Virus record (IMG/VR): IMGVR_UViG_3300032225_001942
Location: 1-38,911 of that record
Strand: one strand, 5' to 3'
Source of the DNA: a virus
Lineage: Duplodnaviria; Caudoviricetes
DNA length: 38,911 nt
The notes under the pieces were generated by a model. The model was not told the origin of the DNA. It worked only from the letters and a program-made list of their open reading frames with translations, and searched no databases. This document shows positions 9,470 to 18,624 of this stretch, in pieces; positions within the stretch are counted from its first letter, which is position 1; each line of letters opens with the position of its first letter. A program made the position numbers and the translations under genes.

Positions 9470-10813
9470 GTGGCTATTGATTTTCCCGCATCTCCAGTAC
9501 TAAACCAAACATATACTTTTGGTTCCCGTACGTGGAAATGGAGTGGCTATGGATGGATGGCGGTTACTACTACCTATGGTCCTCAAGGCGTACAAGGTAT
9601 TCAAGGAACTCAAGGTCTGCAAGGTCTTTTAGGAACTCAAGGATTAATTGGAACCCAAGGAACTCAAGGATTGCAAGGCACTTTAGGTACTCAAGGCACT
9701 TTAGGTAGTCAAGGAACCCAAGGTACTGTTGGTAGCCAAGGCACTTTAGGTAGCCAAGGCACTCAAGGCACTGTTGGTAGCCAAGGAGTACAAGGAATAA
9801 CAGGTACACAAGGTGTTCAAGGTACTCAAGGCACCCAAGGTTTACAAGGAACTCAGGGAACTACTGGTATTCAAGGCTATACAGGTTTACAAGGAGTAGT
9901 AGGTACACAAGGTGTTCAAGGACCACAAGGCACACAAGGTATTCAGGGAATACAAGGTGTGCAAGGTACACAAGGTGTAAATGGAAACCAGGGCACTATC
10001 GGTACTCAAGGTTTACAAGGTGTTCAAGGTACTCAAGGTACTCAAGGAATCCAGGGTACTCAAGGTAAAATTGGAGATGATGGATTTGTTGCTCAAACAG
10101 AACCACCAACAAATACAAGTTTACTATGGTTAGACACAGATGAACCTGCTGCCAGTTTAAATTTAGGAACTACTTCTTCTCCTGGAATTTTGCAATTAAC
10201 CGACTCAACATCATCAACTTCTACAACAACTGCTGCTACTGCTAATGCCGTAAAGACTGCCTATGATGCTGCAATAATTAACCCGTACGTTGCAAAATAC
10301 ACAGGTGTTTATTATAAAACACCAATTACTTCTTTGTTAAGTACTAATATCGTTAATAACGATACCTATTACACTCCAATTTTTGTTTCACAAACAACAT
10401 CTTTTGATAGGTTGGCACTAAGAACAGCATCAGCGTTTGCAGGAACATCAACGGTAAGATTAGGTATTTACAGCGATATAAATGGCGCTCCATCAACTTT
10501 GATATTAGATGCTGGAACAGTTATTTGCACCGCCGCTACAACTATTTATGAAATCACAATATCTCAATCTTTACAACCTGGTATTTATTGGCTGGCATTC
10601 TGCCAACAAGAAACAGCGCCAACACAGCCTTACTATACTGGAAATGGGTTAGGCGGAACCTTAACAATGAACGGTTTTATTTCAGGAGAAGTGGTGCCAA
10701 ATTCAAATCAAATATGTGGATTTGTTCAACACACAGTAACTGGAAGTTTTGCTAATGCTACATCGTTATATGCAAATGTTATAACTCCTTATGTATGGAT
10801 TAGGGCAACATGA
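9470..10813 (+). CDS. Collagen-like fibre protein 2 with phage tail fibre repeat and C-terminal globular domain
   Basis: G-X-Q tract; GILQLTDSTSSTSTTTAATANAVKTAYD resembles the phage tail-fibre repeat (Phage_fiber_2-like). Confidence 0.85.
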   Translation: MAIDFPASPVLNQTYTFGSRTWKWSGYGWMAVTTTYGPQGVQGIQGTQGLQGLLGTQGLIGTQGTQGLQGTLGTQGTLGSQGTQGTVGSQGTLGSQGTQGTVGSQGVQGITGTQGVQGTQGTQGLQGTQGTTGIQGYTGLQGVVGTQGVQGPQGTQGIQGIQGVQGTQGVNGNQGTIGTQGLQGVQGTQGTQGIQGTQGKIGDDGFVAQTEPPTNTSLLWLDTDEPAASLNLGTTSSPGILQLTDSTSSTSTTTAATANAVKTAYDAAIINPYVAKYTGVYYKTPITSLLSTNIVNNDTYYTPIFVSQTTSFDRLALRTASAFAGTSTVRLGIYSDINGAPSTLILDAGTVICTAATTIYEITISQSLQPGIYWLAFCQQETAPTQPYYTGNGLGGTLTMNGFISGEVVPNSNQICGFVQHTVTGSFANATSLYANVITPYVWIRAT

Positions 10814-10914
10814 TGAGTAAAAAAATAACCTACGGGATTGGCGGCTATGACCCATCAAAGCCAAATAATAATATCGTTGAAGAAATTGACATCCCAAATC
10901 AGGAGACAGAATAA
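10810..10914 (+). CDS. Small 34-aa protein ([34 protein letters not shown]), not in ORF track
   Basis: Fills the gap exactly: ATGA overlap upstream, TAATG overlap downstream. Confidence 0.7.
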   Translation: MMSKKITYGIGGYDPSKPNNNIVEEIDIPNQETE

Positions 10915-11474
10915 TGGCTCAACTTAAATATTGGAATGGCTCCGCTTGGGTTACAGCTGTTATTGGAGCACAGGGCATACAAGGACCTCAAGGAACCACT
11001 GGAGCACAAGGACCTCAAGGAACCACTGGAGCACAAGGACCTCAAGGAACAACGGGAATCCAAGGTGCTCAAGGACTACAAGGCGCAACTGGTTCACAAG
11101 GCGTTCAAGGAATAACAGGTAGTCAAGGTTCAATCGGAACGCAAGGTACTATTGGATTATTTAATGTCGTTTATACACAACAAGGAACCTTAACTTTAAC
11201 AAATGGATTAACTCGCTATTATTTTGAAAGTTCAAGAACTATCACGCTAGTTCGCGCAAGTGTAGGAACAGCACCAACAGGTTCAAGTGTTATTGTCAAT
11301 TTATACAAAAACGGGTCAAGCATAGGAACAACAACAATTGCTGCAGGTGCATTTACTGGAACATCAACACCATCAACATCGGTTGTTTCAGGCGATTACA
11401 TTACCGCAAGCGTTACGCAAATCGGTTCAACTATTGCTGGAACTGATTTAACTATTGCTTTGACAGTTGCGTAG
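10914..11474 (+). CDS. Short collagen-like fibre protein 3
   Basis: [11 protein letters not shown]-terminus, G-X-Q/GTT tract, C-terminal beta domain. Confidence 0.85.
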   Translation: MAQLKYWNGSAWVTAVIGAQGIQGPQGTTGAQGPQGTTGAQGPQGTTGIQGAQGLQGATGSQGVQGITGSQGSIGTQGTIGLFNVVYTQQGTLTLTNGLTRYYFESSRTITLVRASVGTAPTGSSVIVNLYKNGSSIGTTTIAAGAFTGTSTPSTSVVSGDYITASVTQIGSTIAGTDLTIALTVA

Positions 11475-11483
11475 GGAGTAAAT

Positions 11484-12146
11484 ATGGCTGGTGGATATGG
11501 TGGTTTGTTTGATTATAATGGCTACACAAGCGTGCCATCAGGAAGTGTCAGTACACTTGGTGGTTCTATTCCAAGAGGCTCATACTTAATTGTGTCTATC
11601 AACGCATCAACAAATTTATCTTCTATGTCAATTTCAGACAGTGGGGGTGGAACTTGGGTTACTGCTGTTCCTTATGAAGCAACAAACTTTGTTACACAAA
11701 CTTGGATTAGAACAACAGTAGGAAATGGTAGTTCTCCCACAATATCCCTTACTGGCACATCGTCTGGCAATTATTCAATAATACTTCTTGGAACTCGTTA
11801 TACTGGCGTAAACGGTACCGTTTCTTCATCTGTATCGGGAGCGGCATCTGTGTCAACTGCAGTAATCACTTCCCCAGCGACAACCAGCGAAGGCGATGTA
11901 GTATTTAGCGTTGGAACTACAACTCCAGGTAGATTAAGTAGTGCTGGAAGCGGATATACATTGGCTTACAATCTTAATATTCTTGGAATGCAAATCATTC
12001 AACAGTATCAAGTTGCCACAACGGTTGGAACGAGTTACACCACGCAGTTTGGACCTAACATTGGTGACTACAACAAAATTTCCTCTTTTGTAATTAAAAA
12101 TACACCAGCAACGCCCTTCGCTGGTTGGGGAATACCTTTAATTTAA
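11484..12146 (+). CDS. Ser/Thr/Gly-rich virion protein (putative receptor-binding subunit)
   Basis: 220 aa beta-rich composition; SD GGGAG; ends FAGWGIPLI. Confidence 0.65.
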   Translation: MAGGYGGLFDYNGYTSVPSGSVSTLGGSIPRGSYLIVSINASTNLSSMSISDSGGGTWVTAVPYEATNFVTQTWIRTTVGNGSSPTISLTGTSSGNYSIILLGTRYTGVNGTVSSSVSGAASVSTAVITSPATTSEGDVVFSVGTTTPGRLSSAGSGYTLAYNLNILGMQIIQQYQVATTVGTSYTTQFGPNIGDYNKISSFVIKNTPATPFAGWGIPLI

Positions 12147-12180
12147 GTATGTAGTAAAATAAATACAGGAAGAAGGCGAA

Positions 12181-13185
12181 ATGAATCTAGTACAGAGGGC
12201 AGTTAAACATGGCGGCAAGTTAGCGCCATTAGTAATTTCAGCTGAAGTAACTGGTGGCACTGGTCTTATGAACCCCTCCATCTTTATAGATGATGATGGA
12301 GATATCCTCTGTATTTTGCGCCATATAAATTACACTCTTTATCACTCTGAGAATGACCAAAGATTTCCTTCTTGTTGGGGCCCACTGTCTTATCTTCATC
12401 CAGAACAAGACCAAAAACTACGAACAACCAATTACTTTTGCAGATTAGATTCAGAATTTAATGTAATTAACTATACAAAAATTGATACTTCTTTATTAGA
12501 TGTAGAGCCAATATGGGAATTTGTTGGGCTAGAAGATGCTCGCTTAGTTAAATGGGATGGTAAATATTACGGCACGGGAGTTCGCAGAGATACAACCACT
12601 AGCGGTCAAGGCCGTATGGAGCTTTCTGAACTAGAGATTGATAAAGAAAATTGGACTGCAAAAGAAGTATCTCGTATAAGAATTCCTGCTCCAGTTGATG
12701 AGAATTCTTATTGCGAAAAAAATTGGATGCCTATACTGGATAAACCTTACACATATATAAAGTGGTCTTCTCCAACAGAGGTTGTAGAAACAAAACCCTC
12801 TTTGCCCCCATTTTGTGAGCAAATAGCTGTTGTTCAAGGAATTATTCCTACTGCAGATTTACGTGGGGGCTCACAAGTTATAACTTGGGGAGATAAATAC
12901 ATCGCTATTACCCATGAAGTACTTCTTTCTAGTAATTATATGGGACAAAAAGATGGGGTATACAGACACAGATTGTGCGTATGGGATTCTTCATTCAAAC
13001 TTGTAGGAGTTTCACCAGAACCTTGGTCGTTCTTAAATGCAAAAATTGAGTTTGTATGTGGAGCAACAGTGTATGAAAACGACCTGTTACTTTCTTGGGG
13101 GTTCCAAGATAACGCTGCAATGGTCCTACAAATTCCTGGTAGCCTAGTTGATGAAATGGTTACAGAGGCGCTCAATGGAAATTAA
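12181..13185 (+). CDS. Predicted five-bladed beta-propeller glycosidase-like protein (GH130/GH43-like, COG2152-type)
   Basis: Motifs NPSI, GLEDARL, EKNWMP, RGGSQ, IEFVCG. Confidence 0.65.
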   Translation: MNLVQRAVKHGGKLAPLVISAEVTGGTGLMNPSIFIDDDGDILCILRHINYTLYHSENDQRFPSCWGPLSYLHPEQDQKLRTTNYFCRLDSEFNVINYTKIDTSLLDVEPIWEFVGLEDARLVKWDGKYYGTGVRRDTTTSGQGRMELSELEIDKENWTAKEVSRIRIPAPVDENSYCEKNWMPILDKPYTYIKWSSPTEVVETKPSLPPFCEQIAVVQGIIPTADLRGGSQVITWGDKYIAITHEVLLSSNYMGQKDGVYRHRLCVWDSSFKLVGVSPEPWSFLNAKIEFVCGATVYENDLLLSWGFQDNAAMVLQIPGSLVDEMVTEALNGN

Positions 13186-13732
13186 GAACTTAATAGTTCA
13201 ATTATCTAACGACCCTTTTAGCCCTGAACTTAATTTAAAAATTGCAGAAGAGTATGAGCGAATAGGACAAACTGCATCTGCTGTATCTTTTTATTTAAGA
13301 ACAGCTGAACATGGGTATTACACGCATCACGACTATGTATACGCTGCTCTATTAAAATCAGCTCACTGTTTTAGTAACCAAAAAAACCGTGAACATACAG
13401 TACAAAATCTTTACTACAAAGCTATTGCTTATTTACCTAGTAGACCTGAAGCGTGGTTTTTATTTTCACGGTATTTTGAACAAACCAAAAAGTGGCAAGA
13501 ATCATATACCTACGCTCAAGTTGGGTTATCTTTATCTGAACTTAATCTAAACCAATTACCTATCTGGGTTGGTTATCCTGGGCGTTATGGCCTACTGTTT
13601 GAACAAGCAGTAAGTGCTTGGTGGGTAGGAAGACAAGACGAAAGTAAAGTTTTATTAAATGACTTACTAGATAACTATGAGATGTCTGAAGAGTATGTAA
13701 ATGCGTGTCTTAACAATTTAAGGTTGTTCTAA
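13175..13732 (+). CDS. TPR-repeat protein
   Basis: Helical repeats AEEYERIGQ..SA...Y and KAIAYLPSRPEAWF; probable ATG at 13175 with GAGG SD. Confidence 0.7.
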   Translation: MEIKNLIVQLSNDPFSPELNLKIAEEYERIGQTASAVSFYLRTAEHGYYTHHDYVYAALLKSAHCFSNQKNREHTVQNLYYKAIAYLPSRPEAWFLFSRYFEQTKKWQESYTYAQVGLSLSELNLNQLPIWVGYPGRYGLLFEQAVSAWWVGRQDESKVLLNDLLDNYEMSEEYVNACLNNLRLF

Positions 13733-14274
13733 TGTTTCCAAACTGGTTTAAAAATGTTTCACAGTTCTTTGAGGCGCATACTCCACAAGTACCTTTGCGA
13801 GTATTACAAATAGGCACTTACACTGGAGATGCTACCGAATGGCTGTTAAATAACCGTGAAGTAGAGTTTATTCACGACGTTGATACTTGGGAAGGCAGCG
13901 ATGAAGAGCAACATCACACTTTAGATTTTAAATCAGTAGAAGAAGTATATGACTCTAGGTTTAAAGAAACCTCTAAAGTACAAAAGTTTAAAATGACTAG
14001 TGATGAATTTTTTGCTCAGGTGTCTAATTTATCTTATAATTTTATTTACATTGACGGTGACCATACCGCGCTTCAAACAGCGCTTGATGGATTAAACGCG
14101 TTTAAACTATTAGAGCCTGGCGGAGTTATTGCTTTTGATGATTACGGTTGGGGTTACGGTGGAAAACCTTTTTTAGAGCCTAAAAGAGGCGTTGATGCTT
14201 TTATGTCTATATGTGAAGGAGAAGTTAAATGTATAGCTCACGGATACCAGGTGTGGTTTGAACGCTTGCTTTGA
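13732..14274 (+). CDS. Class I SAM-dependent methyltransferase (Methyltransf_24-like)
   Basis: VLQIGTYTG motif I, VDTWEG, FIYIDGDH, LLEPGGVIAFDDY. Confidence 0.85.
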   Translation: MFPNWFKNVSQFFEAHTPQVPLRVLQIGTYTGDATEWLLNNREVEFIHDVDTWEGSDEEQHHTLDFKSVEEVYDSRFKETSKVQKFKMTSDEFFAQVSNLSYNFIYIDGDHTALQTALDGLNAFKLLEPGGVIAFDDYGWGYGGKPFLEPKRGVDAFMSICEGEVKCIAHGYQVWFERLL

Positions 14275-14986
14275 GGTTTTTCATACTGACCTTGGAAACA
14301 AGGCACGTAATGATTCCTACACAAACATAGTTACTCAAATGTCATTTCTTCCTAGACTTGGCTCCTCAACTATTTACTTAAATACGTTAAAAAAAGTAGA
14401 CGAGTTTAAATCTGCACACCCATCATTTATAACTAATACTGTAGAAAATTACTGTAAACCTGGAGAAAATTGGCCGTCTAATGCAGGAGTAGTTGGAATA
14501 TGGGCAAGCAACTATTTAGCTTATAAAGCTTTTTTAAAGACAGATTATGAGTGCCTAGTTGTGTTTGAAAATGATGCAGTTCTTAGTAAAAACATTAAAA
14601 CTATGTTAAATAGATATTCAAATGAATTGCCTTCTAATTGGGATTTCTTTTCATTTTTTGTACCTGATGACTCTTTATTTGCGTATAACGCAGGTAACCA
14701 CGATATTGGAAAAGACAACATATGCGTTTCTTACCAACAGTGGTCTTGTGCAGGATACATGGTCAGTAAACAAGGTGCTCAAAAAGCTATTTTAGACATA
14801 GAGTCTCGCGGTATTAACGCCCCTATAGACTGGTACATATTTAACTTTAGGATGAAACCTGAAGAGTCTCAAATGCGGTTTAATACTTATACAGTAAAAC
14901 CAAGTAGCTATAGGCCAATTAAACTTATACAAGGCGTTTTTGAACAAAGTCAAATCCACAATGGCAGCACAGAAATTTATCCTTAG
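14258..14986 (+). CDS. Glycosyltransferase family 25-like
   Basis: G.VGIWASNY.AY, VVFENDA (EDD-equivalent), AGYMVSKQGAQK, PIDW. Confidence 0.7.
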   Translation: MNACFEVFHTDLGNKARNDSYTNIVTQMSFLPRLGSSTIYLNTLKKVDEFKSAHPSFITNTVENYCKPGENWPSNAGVVGIWASNYLAYKAFLKTDYECLVVFENDAVLSKNIKTMLNRYSNELPSNWDFFSFFVPDDSLFAYNAGNHDIGKDNICVSYQQWSCAGYMVSKQGAQKAILDIESRGINAPIDWYIFNFRMKPEESQMRFNTYTVKPSSYRPIKLIQGVFEQSQIHNGSTEIYP

Positions 14987-15000
14987 CACCACAATCAAGG

Positions 15001-15016
15001 GTATTTTTGAGACAAT
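15001..15016 (+). promoter_or_regulatory. Candidate phage late promoter motif, copy 2
   Basis: GTATTTTTGAGACAAT, 13/16 identical to 1565-1580. Confidence 0.4.
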
Positions 15017-15055
15017 GAGAGCGTCTGCCTCTTACCGTGGGATGGGAATACATTA

Positions 15056-18001
15056 ATGTCAATGTTTGGAATACCAGCGTCTAGCCGTAGACAAATTCCT
15101 GATACTCCCACAATTGGTACAGCAACAGATGTCGGAACTTCTAGAGCGTATAACAATGGCGCAGCAATAGTTTCTTTTACTTCTAGCGCTGTTGGGTTTG
15201 AAACAGAGTCTTACACAGTTACCTCTAGCCCTGGTGGGTTTACCGCTACAGGAGCTTCTTCACCTTTAACTGTTACGGGTTTACAATCTAACGTTGCTTA
15301 CACATTTACAGTAACTGCTACAAACTTTGTAGGAACAACTTCAGCTTCTTCTGCTTCAAATAGCATTACTGCTACAACCGTCCCACAAGCTCCAACTATT
15401 GGAACACCAACTCTTGCAAATAGTCAGGCATATACAGGTTCTGCAAATATTGGAGTTGTGTTTACTGCAGGCGCAACTGGTGGAAAATCAATAACTAGTT
15501 ACAACGTAATTTCATCTAGCGCAAATACTGGCTCAGGAGCTACATCTCCTATCTCTGTTTCAGAAACTGTTGGAACAGCACGGACATATACAGTTACTGC
15601 ATCTAATTCCAACGGGACAAGTTTGGCATCTTCTGCAAGTTCTTCAATCACCCCATCTTCTGTTCCTCAAACTCCAACAATTACCTCAGTAACTAATGTT
15701 GGTGGACGTCCTGCGTCTTCACCACAAGCAAGTGTTGCTTTTACGGGTAATGCAACGGGTGGTTCAGCTATTACTGGATACACAGTAACCTCTTCAAGTG
15801 GCGCATCAAATACAGGAGCTACATCTCCTATAGTGGTGACTGAATCTGGAACAAACACATATACATACACAGTTGCAGCAACTAACGCAAGGGGCACATC
15901 TATTGCATCAACTGGTATCAATGCGTTTATTGCCTCTGTTCCAACACCTCCTACTATTGGCACTTTGTCAAACGTAACAGGTATTGCTTATGGCTCTAAT
16001 CCGCAATTTACTTTAACTTTTACTGTACCAACAAGTACAGGTGGTTCTGCAATTAGCGCTTATAAGTACTCTACAGATGGCGGTACTACTTACGCTACCG
16101 CATCAGGAACAGCAAGCCCGTTAACATTGACAACTCAAAGTACCTCTGGAACTCCAGCATTTGTAGCAGGTAGTTCTTATACAGTTATTCTTAAAGCAGT
16201 TAATGGAAATGGAGATGGAGAAGCTTCCTCTGCAAGTAATTCTGCAACTGCGGCAACTGCTCCAAGTACTCCAACGTTTGCACTTACTAGCAGTGGCAAC
16301 ACAAACATCACAGGAACCTATACCTATAACACTGGCGGATTAGCGGTAACTTCTTACGCTTCAACCATTTCACCAACAATATCTACAACAATTGGTGGTA
16401 CAAGCCCAGTAGGAAATGTTTCTGGAGCTTTAACCTACACAGCCTCTTACGTACAGGGAACTCAATACACTGTTCCATTAAGCATCACTAATGCTATTGG
16501 TACTGCAACAGCTACTTCTCAAACCATTACTCCGTTTGCAGCAACAGCTCCTGGTGCACCTGCCAGCTTAAGTGCCGCTGTAGCAAGTACCACATCTGTA
16601 ACTTTAACTTACGGTGCTATTGCCCAAAATGGTTCAGCACTTACCGCATGGACAGGCAGCGGTACAAGCACTGGAGACATTGTTTCTACTCCTGCAATTA
16701 ATCTAACTTACTCTGGAACACCTAGCACTGCAGGCAGTACCGTTACGGTTACGGGAGCATTTGCAGCAACAACCTCATACACATTTACTTTAAAAGTACG
16801 TAACTCTGTAGGAGCAAGTTCTACAGTTACATCTGGAAGCGTCACTCCACTCCCAGTAATTACTGACAACTTTAATAGAACAGGTGTATCTTTAGGAACA
16901 TCTTCTTCTGGAAGTGCTTGGACAAGTTTACGTGGAACATGGGCAACTAACGGAACACAAGCAGTTTCAAGTGATGCTGGTTCTACCTATGCGCTTTCTT
17001 CCGTGGCTTTTGGTAATGCTAATACTACAGTCTCTGCAGATGTTTCAGGTGGAACTGGAGTTGCATTTTGGGTAACAGACTCAGGCTCATGGTGGGCAGC
17101 AACTACCTACTACAATCAAACGGTTAACAGCACATATAACTCTTGCTGCTCTACTTCACCTGTTTGTAGCCCAGGTTCATACCCAATTGACTATGGTGCG
17201 GCTAACTGCGTCGCTACTCCAGGAACAACCACGTACTCTTACCAAGGAGCATCAACGTCGTCTCGGTCTTGTGATTCTGGTGGAGGTTCAACCAGATGTA
17301 GTGGAGCAACTGGCGGTGCAAGTATCTGCTACGTACTTTCTTACACGTGTCCTTCTGGACAGAGCTACTCAGGAGGGTCCTGTTACTCCAACTATTATCC
17401 TTATTATGTAACTAGTAACAAACCCACTTGTTCGGAAACTACTTACACAGCTGCATTTAATTACAGTTGTAGTGGAAGTTGTTCTGCTGGTCAAAGCGGT
17501 CCATACACTGGTAGCTCTCTTGGTCTATCACAAGCGTCATGCTGGTGTGGCACTACCTCTGCGACTACTTACAACTGTACTTGTTCTCAAGGAACGCCTT
17601 CGTCTACAAATACCTCAAGCGCTACATGTAGCGGTACGGGGTATTGCACTTACCCAAATTGCTCCAACTGCGGTGGTGGTACAATTGATGTTTGTAATGC
17701 CTGTTATCAGGATGTTTACAGCCAGTATTACTATTTAAGACTGTACTCTTCTGCATCTGGAACTGTAACTACACCAGTATCTGATGTAAACTTAGGAGCT
17801 CCAGCTGCAGCAATTAAAGTTATTACCTCTGGAAATAACGTTACAGCTCAAGCTTACTCCAATACCTCTATGACTACTCCTTTGGGAAGCGCTTTAACAG
17901 CTACTAATACTGGAACAAAAGGCACATCTAGCGGTATTATAAAGACCCCATCAAATTATTCACAAGGAACAACTGTAGACAACTTTTCTACGGGAGCATA
18001 A
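15056..18001 (+). CDS. Fibronectin type III repeat protein with C-terminal lectin-like domain containing a Cys-rich insert
   Basis: About six repeats starting P..PTI.. with Y.F/YTV.A.N..G strands; C-terminal domain bounded by TDNFNR and VDNFS. Confidence 0.85.
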   Translation: MSMFGIPASSRRQIPDTPTIGTATDVGTSRAYNNGAAIVSFTSSAVGFETESYTVTSSPGGFTATGASSPLTVTGLQSNVAYTFTVTATNFVGTTSASSASNSITATTVPQAPTIGTPTLANSQAYTGSANIGVVFTAGATGGKSITSYNVISSSANTGSGATSPISVSETVGTARTYTVTASNSNGTSLASSASSSITPSSVPQTPTITSVTNVGGRPASSPQASVAFTGNATGGSAITGYTVTSSSGASNTGATSPIVVTESGTNTYTYTVAATNARGTSIASTGINAFIASVPTPPTIGTLSNVTGIAYGSNPQFTLTFTVPTSTGGSAISAYKYSTDGGTTYATASGTASPLTLTTQSTSGTPAFVAGSSYTVILKAVNGNGDGEASSASNSATAATAPSTPTFALTSSGNTNITGTYTYNTGGLAVTSYASTISPTISTTIGGTSPVGNVSGALTYTASYVQGTQYTVPLSITNAIGTATATSQTITPFAATAPGAPASLSAAVASTTSVTLTYGAIAQNGSALTAWTGSGTSTGDIVSTPAINLTYSGTPSTAGSTVTVTGAFAATTSYTFTLKVRNSVGASSTVTSGSVTPLPVITDNFNRTGVSLGTSSSGSAWTSLRGTWATNGTQAVSSDAGSTYALSSVAFGNANTTVSADVSGGTGVAFWVTDSGSWWAATTYYNQTVNSTYNSCCSTSPVCSPGSYPIDYGAANCVATPGTTTYSYQGASTSSRSCDSGGGSTRCSGATGGASICYVLSYTCPSGQSYSGGSCYSNYYPYYVTSNKPTCSETTYTAAFNYSCSGSCSAGQSGPYTGSSLGLSQASCWCGTTSATTYNCTCSQGTPSSTNTSSATCSGTGYCTYPNCSNCGGGTIDVCNACYQDVYSQYYYLRLYSSASGTVTTPVSDVNLGAPAAAIKVITSGNNVTAQAYSNTSMTTPLGSALTATNTGTKGTSSGIIKTPSNYSQGTTVDNFSTGA

Positions 18002-18011
18002 GGAGAACAAA

Positions 18012-18299
18012 ATGGCAGATAAACCAAGACCAGCACGTCCTTGGGACTTGTTTAACAAAAACATAGGCAGAGTGCAAACAGAAATTGCGGATGAAAGATT
18101 TGCAATCTGTAAAGCATGTCCAAAACTTTTACCTACAGGAAACTGCAAAGAATGCGGTTGTTTTATGTCAGCAAAAGTCAAACTTCCAAATGCTTGGTGT
18201 CCACTGCACAAGTGGGAAGCTATTGAAGTAGGGTATAGAAAAGAAGTTTATGCTAATATTACCTCTGAAGAAGTAAAGGAATCTACAAATGACAACTGA
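18012..18299 (+). CDS. Small Cys-rich protein (DUF6171-like)
   Basis: R...CKAC.......CKECGC....K.......CP..KW. Confidence 0.7.
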   Translation: MADKPRPARPWDLFNKNIGRVQTEIADERFAICKACPKLLPTGNCKECGCFMSAKVKLPNAWCPLHKWEAIEVGYRKEVYANITSEEVKESTNDN

Positions 18300-18585
18300 T
18301 ACCCCTAGTGCAACTAACAACGATATTGCTGCTGCAGCTCATGCTGCGGAACAAGAAGGCAAGTCTGTTCCTCTTCCACCAATTAAAGTAGCTTTTGTTA
18401 TTGATGGTGAGTTAGTAGATGTTCTACACACTGATGAAAGATTAGGCGCTATATTTTTAAGCGAACCTACAATTTTAGATTTAACAGATACCTATGATGA
18501 AAAAAATCCAATACCTGTAGGTTCTATGTATGACGTTACAACAAACACTTTTACACCACCTGGAATTCAACAACCAACTGACTAG
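18289..18585 (+). CDS. Small acidic chaperone-like protein
   Basis: VAFVIDGELVDV...VGSMYD....FTPP, same general pattern as 9218-9460; SD AAGGA. Confidence 0.6.
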   Translation: MTTDTPSATNNDIAAAAHAAEQEGKSVPLPPIKVAFVIDGELVDVLHTDERLGAIFLSEPTILDLTDTYDEKNPIPVGSMYDVTTNTFTPPGIQQPTD

Positions 18586-18624
18586 TTACTCCCAATAGGA
18601 GGGCAACCCTATTAAGGAGACCAA

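Noticed and set aside
17101-17740. Diversity-generating retroelement target
   Set aside because: No template repeat differing at adenines and no reverse transcriptase in the window; cannot be excluded elsewhere in the genome
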